The notes below the pieces were generated by a model. That model worked only from the letters and a program-made list of their open reading frames with translations. It searched no databases and was not told where the DNA came from. From assembly GCA_052389275.1 (NCBI GenBank), contig JBQTID010000004.1:581-64580 (forward strand): 64,000 nt of DNA, in the 5' to 3' direction. Positions 18,380-25,447 of the stretch are shown here, piece after piece. The DNA is from Gemmatimonadota bacterium (GTDB lineage Bacteria; Gemmatimonadota; Gemmatimonadetes; Longimicrobiales; RSA9). The stretch's first letter is position 1. Each line of letters starts with the position of its first letter. The position numbers and the translations under genes were made by a program.

Positions 18380-18483
18380 TGTCGAATGCCCACGCAAGGA
18401 CGAGCGCGAGAGGAAACCCCAACAATGCGAGTACTAGGTTCATCCACGACAATCGTGAGGCCCTTTGTGCCGGGGCGTCGCCC

Positions 18484-18795
18484 TCAACAGCCAGTTGCAA
18501 TCGCCAGCGCCTGACAAACCGTCTTCATCTTTTCCGGTGCCAGTGTTCCGACATACCTTGCCAATGCTCGTTGCTCGACGGTTTGCACATGGTCAAGGTT
18601 GACCGCGGAACGCGATTTCAGACCTTCATCGGTTCCGACCACAACCTCGCTGGGTGCACCATGAATCGTGGACGTGATCGGAGCAACTATCACGGTGTGC
18701 AGTAAGCCGATCACTTCCTGTCGAGTCAAGACCAGCACTGGATGGCGCTTGTCCGGCGGACTGAATGTGTAGAGCCATATCTCACCCCGATTCAC
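18484..18795 (-). CDS. mazF: type II toxin, MazF/PemK family
   Basis: ORF 18484..18825. GTG at 18795 overlaps the antitoxin TGA (GTGA). RGEIWLYTFSPPDKRHPVLVLTRQ...VIVAPITSTI...AVNLDHVQTV is typical of PemK/MazF. Confidence 0.8.
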   Translation of the reverse strand: MNRGEIWLYTFSPPDKRHPVLVLTRQEVIGLLHTVIVAPITSTIHGAPSEVVVGTDEGLKSRSAVNLDHVQTVEQRALARYVGTLAPEKMKTVCQALAIATGC

Positions 18796-19025
18796 TCGTC
18801 GGGCCACGTGCCTTGCCTCTCCCAACCGCTGAACTCTTTGCCTAAGGCGTCCTTAGCCTTGTAGGCACGGGTGTAACGTTCGCGAATATGCATCGCATGC
18901 TGACGCTTGAGGTATTGGGCCAGGGCACGGCGCACTACGGCCGACCGCCCTTCCTTTCTGACCTCGTCAGTCGCATCGAGCCGACGCAGCAGTGCTTCAT
19001 CAAGGGTAATCTGTATAGCTTTCAT
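18792..19025 (-). CDS. ribbon-helix-helix (CopG/MazE-like) antitoxin
   Basis: 77 aa. MKAIQITLDEALLRRLDATDEVRKEGRSAVVRRALAQYL is an RHH fold pattern. Immediately upstream of mazF and overlapping it. Confidence 0.75.
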   Translation of the reverse strand: MKAIQITLDEALLRRLDATDEVRKEGRSAVVRRALAQYLKRQHAMHIRERYTRAYKAKDALGKEFSGWERQGTWPDE

Positions 19026-19057
19026 GTGGATAACTTATGTTGGTAACCGATTGCCCG

Positions 19058-19378
19058 TCAATCCACGTCGGAGAAATACTCGTTTTCTTGGTCATTGCTC
19101 ATATTCACGAACGGCAGCACCGCAATCGAACGCTGATCGTCGGCGAGTTTTTGTCTCGGGCGACGTCGCCACCGCACGCTCCGTACTCCGTTTTTCACCA
19201 TCGTTTCTTCACCCGTTCGAGCACCGGCTCACCCAGTGTCGTTCGCATAGTGAACCTCGGATCAGGCGTTGTCCGAGCGGATTCGGGTCGGGAGGTTGCG
19301 TGGCGACCTGGCGCCACGCGAGGTGAATACAAAGGTGTCTCGAGCCCGATCCTCGGACAAGCGTGGCTTGCGCTCAGG
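19058..19378 (-). pseudogene. relic of a TolB_N-like/TPR family paralogue, wedged between the two TA cassettes
   Basis: A single minus-strand frame reads ERKPRLSEDRARDTFVFTS...(stops at 19262 and 19229)...LADDQRSIAVLPFVNMSNDQENEYFSDVD-stop. The core 19067-19132 matches the family motif SIAVLPFVNMSDDRANEYFSDG. There is no N-terminal module and no TPR part. Confidence 0.5.
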
Positions 19379-19763
19379 CCGCCGGAATGACCTGGATGCC
19401 GTACGCCTCAAATCGAGGATCAGCAGTGATAATCGGAAGATTCTCCAGTTGCGCCTGGGCAATGAGCAGCCGATCGAATGGATCTCGATGATACGGCGGT
19501 AATCCTCCCGCCCGCGCGGCATGGTCATGGCTAATGCGAAGCGGAAACACGTTGGTCTGCTGCATGCGGCCGGGAATGTACGCTTCCGGCCGTTCCGGCA
19601 ATTTCAGTTTCCCGATCGCATACTTGATCGCAATCTCCCACGCGCTCGCCGCTGAAAGCAGCAAGTCATCGACTTCCGACTCGATCACCCCCAATGCCTC
19701 AGTAGAGAAGCGACCCGGCTCGTCGAGCATCCAGAGCCAGGCGTGCGTGTCAAGCAGGATCGT
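19374..19763 (-). CDS. vapC: PIN-domain toxin (VapC) whose canonical start position is ACG
   Basis: The track ORF 19374..19730 starts at an internal Met. The frame is open upstream and reads T-I-L-L-D-T-H-A-W-L-W-M-L-D, the usual M-I-L-L-D-T-H VapC N-terminus except for ACG (19763-19761) in place of ATG. C-terminal PFDRLLIAQAQLENLPIITAD is typical of PIN. Confidence 0.75.
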   Translation of the reverse strand, partial: TILLDTHAWLWMLDEPGRFSTEALGVIESEVDDLLLSAASAWEIAIKYAIGKLKLPERPEAYIPGRMQQTNVFPLRISHDHAARAGGLPPYHRDPFDRLLIAQAQLENLPIITADPRFEAYGIQVIPAA

Positions 19764-19989
19764 TGCCGTAGAAGTCCTCCAGCAACTCAGGTGTCAGCTC
19801 GTCGAAATCATCGGCTATCCAGATCTGGCCACGATCGATGCCGAGCTTGCGTCGAGGACCCTCTCGGATTGGAACGAGCCGCGCGATCGGCCGCCCGCCC
19901 TTCGCAATGACGATCTCTTCTCCGGCGGCCACCTCGCGCAACAGCTTGGAAAAGTTGGACTTGGCCTCGTAGATGTTGACCTTCTTCAT
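19750..19989 (-). CDS. Phd/YefM-family antitoxin
   Basis: 79 aa. MKKVNIYEAKSNFSKLLREVAAGEEIVIAKGGRPIARLVP is a classic Phd/YefM N-terminus. Its 3' end overlaps the vapC 5' region. Confidence 0.8.
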   Translation of the reverse strand: MKKVNIYEAKSNFSKLLREVAAGEEIVIAKGGRPIARLVPIREGPRRKLGIDRGQIWIADDFDELTPELLEDFYGNDPA

Positions 19990-20020
19990 GCCGGCAATCT
20001 AGCCTGACCAATTGGTCAGG

Positions 20021-20218
20021 TCAAGCCTGCGCGAAAAGGACCGGCATAGGGCGCAAGTTGGCGAGCACAATCGTGACCGACTGGCGCACTGCGAGCGACC
20101 AGCGGAACTGCTCGCCGATGAGATCGAGCAACTGTAGCGCGAGCCAGGCGCCCGCGAGACACGCAAGCGCCCATTGCGCGAGCTTGCGTTCTCTCAGGCG
20201 ATCAAGCGCGGAACGCAT
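20021..20218 (-). pseudogene. 65-aa stub of the TolB_N-like/TPR family: N-terminal module fused directly to the family C-terminal tail
   Basis: MRSALDRLRERKLAQWALACLAGAWLALQLLDLIGEQF is the family N-module. The tail LANLRPMPVLFAQA matches PLLANLRGMPEFTAILAEA near the C-terminus of 25448..27391 (CTCGCCAACTTGCGC is identical). Starts 6 nt after the stop of the upstream paralogue. Confidence 0.6.
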
Positions 20219-20224
20219 GCCTGT

Positions 20225-21955
20225 TTAATCCTCCAGCCCCATCTTCTTCAGCAGACGTTGAAAGCGCGGGTCGTTACGGACTGTGTCGAACATCGGATCG
20301 ACCCGGAGATAGAGCGGCCAGTTCGAGCGCTCCTCGACCGCGCGCTCGAGCCACTGGAACGCGCGCTCGCGATCGTCCAGGCCGAAGTAGATGATCGCCA
20401 TTAGGTCCGGTGACACGTAGCGTCGCCGCGATTCGTGCTCGAACTGCTCCAGGATGCGGCGCGCCTCCGCCGGTCGTCCGGACTTCGCATAAGCGTAGCC
20501 GAGTCCGCCCTGCGCCCACCATTGCGGCAGCCGGCCACCCGCCAGCGCAACTCCTCGCTGAAATTCGGCGATCGCTTCATCCGGCTTTCCCTGCTGCACG
20601 AGTGTCAGGCCGAGCCACGTGTGTACCACAGGGAAGTTCGGATCGAGCTCCAACGTTTTGTGGTATTGCGCGGCGGCCTCGTCGTAGCGTCGCGCGAAGT
20701 GCAGCTTCCAGCCGAGCGCCGCATTGATGATCAGCGACAGCGGCTCCAGCTCGACCCCGCGGCGCGCCTCGGCTATCGCCTCTTCCTGGCGGCCCGTGAT
20801 ATTCAGGTAATAGCCGTACAGCGTGTGCCCGGTCGAGTATCGCGGATCGAGCTCGATGCCGCGACGAAATGCGCGCTCGGCCGCGCGCCAGTCCCGATCG
20901 AAAGCCATGCTGATCATGGCCAAAGCCACGTGGGCCTGTCCGAGCGACGGGTTCAAGGCCAACGCTTTCGCAGCCGCCTGTTTCGCATTCGGAAACGCCT
21001 CACGTGCAGGAACATACGAGTAAATTCCCATGAGTATGTTGGCGTCGGCGAGTCCCGCGTACGCCCTCGCATAACCGGGGTCGCGCGCGACTGCCGCCTC
21101 GAAATACTCGATCGATCTCCGGAATCCCTCCTCGGTGCGCTTGTTCCAGAAGAAGCGGCCCTTCAGGTACAGGTCGTACGCGTCGACGTTCTCGGGCGCT
21201 TGCGCGACCAGCGTGGGCCGCGCCGTCCCCAACTCGAGCTCGAGCGCAGCGGCGATCGCCTTCGCGATCTGCTCCTGCACTGCGAACACATCGGCCAGTT
21301 CGCGCTCGTACGTCTTGGACCAGAGGTGATAGCCATCCGTCGCATTGACGAGCTGCGCCGTGATACGCAGCCGATTGCCCGCTTTGCGAACGCTGCCCTC
21401 CAGCACGGTGGCGACGCGCAGCCGTTGCGCGATCTCGTCCACAGGTACGTTTTTGCCTTTGAAGGAGAAGGCCGACGTTCGCGCGGCCACCCGCAGCCCC
21501 GGTATCTGCGCCAGTGCGTCGATCAGCTCCTCGGTGACTCCATCACTGAAGTACTCGTTCGCGCGGTCGTCGCTCATATTCACGAACGGCAGCACGGCGA
21601 TCGAGCCGCGCTCGGCCGTGGCGTCACTAGCCTTTGTTGCGGGCGACGCCGCCGTCTCGCGACTGGCATCGTCGCTCACGAACGCGACCGCTGTCGCTGC
21701 GATCACAAACAGCGTAGTCAACATCAGCAGCTCGGGCCCGCTCACGCGCTGAGATCCACGTTCGCCGTGATACCACGCGACGAGCAACGCGCCGAGGAAG
21801 CCAATGCCGAGCAGGGTGATTAATGCGCGCATAACAGCGGGGGGCCAGCCGAAGTGCCCGCCAATCACATCAGCTACTTGAAGCAGCAGCCACGCGCCCG
21901 CGAGGTATGCGAGCGCCCATTGCGCGAGCTTCCGGTCTTTCAGACGGTTCAGCAT
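20225..21955 (-). CDS. membrane-anchored TolB_N-like domain / TPR-repeat protein (intact paralogue, 576 aa)
   Basis: N-module MLNRLKDRKLAQWALAYLAGAWLLLQVADVIGGHFGWPPAVMRALITLLGIGFLGALLVAWYHGERGSQRVSGPELL (three hydrophobic helices). TolB_N-like SIAVLPFVNMSDDRANEYFSDGVTEELIDAL...LEGSVRKAGNRLRITAQLVNATDGYHLWS. About 300 aa of TPR-like repeats. C-tail WPLYLRVDPMFDTVRNDPRFQRLLKKMGL. Confidence 0.75.
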   Translation of the reverse strand: MLNRLKDRKLAQWALAYLAGAWLLLQVADVIGGHFGWPPAVMRALITLLGIGFLGALLVAWYHGERGSQRVSGPELLMLTTLFVIAATAVAFVSDDASRETAASPATKASDATAERGSIAVLPFVNMSDDRANEYFSDGVTEELIDALAQIPGLRVAARTSAFSFKGKNVPVDEIAQRLRVATVLEGSVRKAGNRLRITAQLVNATDGYHLWSKTYERELADVFAVQEQIAKAIAAALELELGTARPTLVAQAPENVDAYDLYLKGRFFWNKRTEEGFRRSIEYFEAAVARDPGYARAYAGLADANILMGIYSYVPAREAFPNAKQAAAKALALNPSLGQAHVALAMISMAFDRDWRAAERAFRRGIELDPRYSTGHTLYGYYLNITGRQEEAIAEARRGVELEPLSLIINAALGWKLHFARRYDEAAAQYHKTLELDPNFPVVHTWLGLTLVQQGKPDEAIAEFQRGVALAGGRLPQWWAQGGLGYAYAKSGRPAEARRILEQFEHESRRRYVSPDLMAIIYFGLDDRERAFQWLERAVEERSNWPLYLRVDPMFDTVRNDPRFQRLLKKMGLED

Positions 21956-22180
21956 GCAACACCTTCAAACTTGCTGACCTACGATCATTCCGCCGAGGTG
22001 GTAGGAGGGCTGGTAGAAAACTGCATCCCGTGCCGTCAAGCGGCAAGCTTGATGGTCACGACTGGGCTGTCTCAAACACCTATCGCTTCACCCCAGCCGC
22101 GACCGCACCCTGCGCGATATGGCAGCTTGAAATGAGATTCCGAAAGGGTAAATTGTCATGGGACGAACAGGCGAACTGTC

Positions 22181-22753
22181 ATGGCCACCAAACCGACTCG
22201 CATCTATTCCGCTGACGACGTGCTGTACCTCACGCTTCCGCCCGACGTATCCGGGTACGAGCTGGTGGATGGCGAGCTGGTTGAGGTAATGCCCGCTGGC
22301 CAGCTTCACAGCCTGCTTGCGGGCGAGGTTTACACGCACGTGCGCAATCACGTGAAGGACCGCGGAATTCGCGGCCAGGTGCATCTCGACGTCGGTTATG
22401 TTCTCGGCTTGCAGCGCGATCCGCAGCGACTGCGCGGACCGGACGTTTCGTTTGTTACGCCCGAAACCCTTCAGCGGCTCGGCGCCGAATCGGAGCACGG
22501 CTTCCTGCACGGCGCCCCCGATCTCGCGGTTGAAGTCGAATCCGCGGAGCGCCCAAAGCACCTGCAGCAGCGGATCCAGGATTACCTGGATGCCGGCACT
22601 CGCCTCGTCTGGGTGATCCACTCGCTCACGAAATCCGCCACCGTGTACCATCCGGACGGCTCGGCGCGGCTGCTGCGCGAATCCGATGCGCTAGAGGGCG
22701 AAGACGTGCTTCCCGGATTACGAATTGCGCTGAGCGAGCTGTTCGAGTCCTGA
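22181..22753 (+). CDS. Uma2-family (DUF820) putative restriction-type endonuclease, intact
   Basis: 190 aa. YELVDGELVEVMP, GAPDLAVEVES...K...IQDYLDAGTRLVWVI matches the PD-(D/E)XK-like Uma2 pattern. Confidence 0.8.
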   Translation: MATKPTRIYSADDVLYLTLPPDVSGYELVDGELVEVMPAGQLHSLLAGEVYTHVRNHVKDRGIRGQVHLDVGYVLGLQRDPQRLRGPDVSFVTPETLQRLGAESEHGFLHGAPDLAVEVESAERPKHLQQRIQDYLDAGTRLVWVIHSLTKSATVYHPDGSARLLRESDALEGEDVLPGLRIALSELFES

Positions 22754-23682
22754 GCGGTGCAGGCCGGCGCGACTCACACGTAGGTCTTTCTCGTGCCGGA
22801 TGCGCGTACGGACGAAGTCGCGCAGCTCCTTCAACGTCGCCTGGTACTCGCGATCCTTCCGAACGCGGTCGTAGCTCGGGAAGGAAAGCCAGAGCGGGTG
22901 CATGGCGATCGGGGTGAGGCGCACGAATTTCTTCACCCCATCGCGCAACCTTGCGCGCGATCTGCTCCTGCACTTCGAGGATGTCGGTGAGATTACTCTC
23001 GTAGCTGTCCGCCCAAAGATGTGTGTCGCTCGCGGGATCGATGAGCTGCGCCGTCACCTTGACGCGGTTGCCAGCGCGCCGCACAGAACCTTCGACGACG
23101 TGCCGGCACGCCCAATGTATCGGCAATCTGCGGCAGCGTGAGGCGGGAATTCTTCACTGCAACCACGGACGTACGCGAGATTACTTTCAATTCTTTCACC
23201 TTCGCCAGCTCACTGATAATCTCTTCGGTGATCCCTTCGCTGAAGTAGTCGTCCTCGACACCGCCAAAATCGTCGAACGGGAGCACCGCGACGGATGCCT
23301 GATAATCAGGCCGGTCGGCGGTAGGCTCAGTTTTTTGCGGCGACGACGTCGCCACATTCCCTGGCGATGGCTGCTCGTCGCCTACGAACGCGAACACACC
23401 GCCAGCAATGACGAATAGCGCGGTCAGCGTGAGCAGCTCGGGCCCGCTTACGCGCTGCACGCCTCGCTCGCCATGGTACCACGCGATAATGAGCACGGCG
23501 AAGAAGCCAATGCCGAGCAGGATGATTAATGCGCGCATAACAGCTGGGGACCAGCCAAAGCGCTCACCAACCACATCTGCGACTTGCAACAGCAGCCACG
23601 CACCTGCGAGGTACGCGAGCGCCCATTGCGCAAGCTTCCGTTGCTTCAGCCGGGCCAGCATCACATCACTCCATACCGCCAA
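22718..23682 (-). pseudogene. TolB_N-like/TPR family paralogue with frameshift(s) and deletion of the TPR region
   Basis: Three track ORFs on the minus strand, each in a different frame. 22993..23682 carries the N-module plus the TolB_N start, up to QIADTLGV. 22626..23126 carries HVVEGSVRRAGNRVKVTAQLIDPASDTHLWADSYE...EVQEQIARKVA. 22718..22948 carries HPLWLSFPSYDRVRKDREYQATLKEL, the family C-tail. The frame change near 23096 is consistent with a 1-nt indel. Confidence 0.7.
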
Positions 23683-25393
23683 GCAGCCCTGTTCTTTTCA
23701 TGAGCTGCACGAAGCGCGGATGCGCGCGCAACCCGTCGAACCGCGCATCTGCGCGCAGGAAAACGAGCCAATGAGAGCCCTCGCGGCGCGCCTGTTCCAG
23801 CACAGCGAGTGCGGCCGCAGTATCGCCAATTGTGAGCTGTGCGGCGGCGACATCGAGCGGCGCGGTCCAGGCCATCTCAGCCACGGCGCGCAGCGCTCGC
23901 GCCTCGCGCAGTGCGTCCACCTCTCGTCCCGCCCGGGCGTATGCAAAGCTCAGAGCGCCCAATAAACGCACGCTATTCGGCGAGTAACGCAGCCCGCGCG
24001 TGAGCAATCCAATGGCTTCGTCCGTTCGACCGAGCTCGATGAGCGAGAGTGCCGGCCAATACGGCGTATGTACATTGGTCGAATCCATTTCGGCAGTGAA
24101 TGCGAACATCCGCGCGCCCTCCTCGTAGCGATGGGTCCAGAAGCAAACGGCCGCAAACGTTGAAGCGATCGCATACGACAATGGATCCAGTTCACGCGCG
24201 ATCTCAATCTCGCGCACTGCATCCCGTGCTCGGCCAACTGCGCTCAGGTAAACAGCGTAATATTGATGTGCAGTAGGGTAGCGCGGATCAAGCGCAATGG
24301 CTTTGCGGTAGAGCGAGTCGGCACCCGCGAAATCCCGGTCAATTACGGCCCGAACGTGTGCAAGTGAGGTGTAAGCTTCAGCCGACATGCTGTCGAGCGC
24401 GACCGCGCTGAGTGCCGCGCGGGTCGCACGCGGGAATTCTTCACGCGGCGACCGGAAAAAAATCCCCAGCAGAATGTGAGTATCGGCGAGACCCGCATAC
24501 GTCGGCGCATGCGTCGAATCAATGGCTGCGGCCTGCTGGAAATAATCCACCGCCTTCAGCAGTGCCGCTTCCGATCGCCGGCTCCAGAAGTAGCGTCCCT
24601 TGAGGTACAACTCGTACGCGCGCAGATCGGGCGGGTGTGCGGCAATGGTCTTTGCGACGTCGCCCAATTCGAGCCGCAGCGCGTCAACGATGGAACGCGC
24701 AATCTCTGCCTGAACCGCAAAAACATCCGCAACATCGCGTTCTTAGGTATTCGACCACAGGTGGAATCCATCCGCGGCGTTGATGAGCTGCGCGGTCACT
24801 TTGATGCGTCCACCTGCGCGCCGCACGCTGCCTTCCACCACTGTGCCGACGTTCAACCGCTGCGCGACCTCGGCAATGTTCGCCTTTTCACCCTTGAACG
24901 CGAAGGAAGACGTACGTGCGGCCACGCGCAGGCCTGGTACATTCGCGAGCGCATTGATGAGCTCCTCCGTCATGCCATCGCTGAAGTACTCGTTGGCAGC
25001 ATCATCGCTGAAGTTGGCAAACGGAAGCACTGCAATCGAACGTTGCTCCGCGATCGGCGCTCGCGGATTCGCGGCATGAGACACGGCAGAGCTGCGTTCA
25101 CTCGGAGTTGTGCCGACAAACGCGACCACACCGCCCGCAATCACGAACAGCGCAGCGAGCATGAGCAACTCAGGCCCACTCACGCGCTGCACCCCTCGCT
25201 CGCCGTGATACCATGCGACTATCAGGGCGCCGAAGAAGCCAATGGCGAGCAGAGCGATCAACGCGCGCATGACGGCGGGGGGCCAGCCGAAGTGCGCGCC
25301 AATCACATCAGCGACTTGCAGCAGCAGCCACGCACCCGCGAGGTACGCGAGCGCCCACTGCACCAGTTTCCGGTTCTTCACGTGTTCGAGCAC
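23666..25393 (-). pseudogene. TolB_N-like/TPR family paralogue interrupted by a single in-frame TAA
   Basis: ORFs 24743..25393 and 23666..24667 are in the same frame. The sequence reads LWSNT-TAA-ERDVADVFAVQAEIARSIVDALRLELGDVAK where the intact paralogue has LWSKTYERELADVFAVQEQIAKAI. The TAA (24745-24743) sits at the conserved Tyr position. Confidence 0.8.
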
Positions 25394-25447
25394 CAGATCA
25401 GCCCATCACAATGTCGAAGCTGCGCTGGTTAGTACGGTTCGCATGGG

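Noticed and set aside
20435-21823. Long + strand ORF (462 aa) antisense to the 576-aa TolB_N-like/TPR gene. Similar long antisense ORFs occur elsewhere: 10850..11866, 9067..10035, 33691..34815, 37875..39107, 59171..60292, 46066..47118, 16524..17438, 32416..33366.
   Set aside because: These are shadow ORFs typical of GC-rich DNA. In each case the opposite strand encodes a protein with unmistakable family motifs (argG, argD, rpsA, pccB, metK and so on), whereas the antisense products are Arg/Ala/Pro-rich low-complexity sequences with no motifs.
22360-22548. CCGCGGA occurs at both edges (22360-22366 and 22542-22548) of the segment that is missing from the Uma2 pseudogene, which suggests a microhomology-mediated deletion.
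   Set aside because: The two sites are 182 nt apart, which is not a multiple of 3, whereas the pseudogene stays in frame. The two copies are only about 70% identical, so the exact breakpoint cannot be established from this window.
24743-24745. TAA as a recoded sense codon or programmed read-through site.
   Set aside because: TAA is used as an ordinary stop elsewhere in the window (for example metK, cmk). The position corresponds to a Tyr codon one substitution away. A nonsense mutation or base-call error is more parsimonious.
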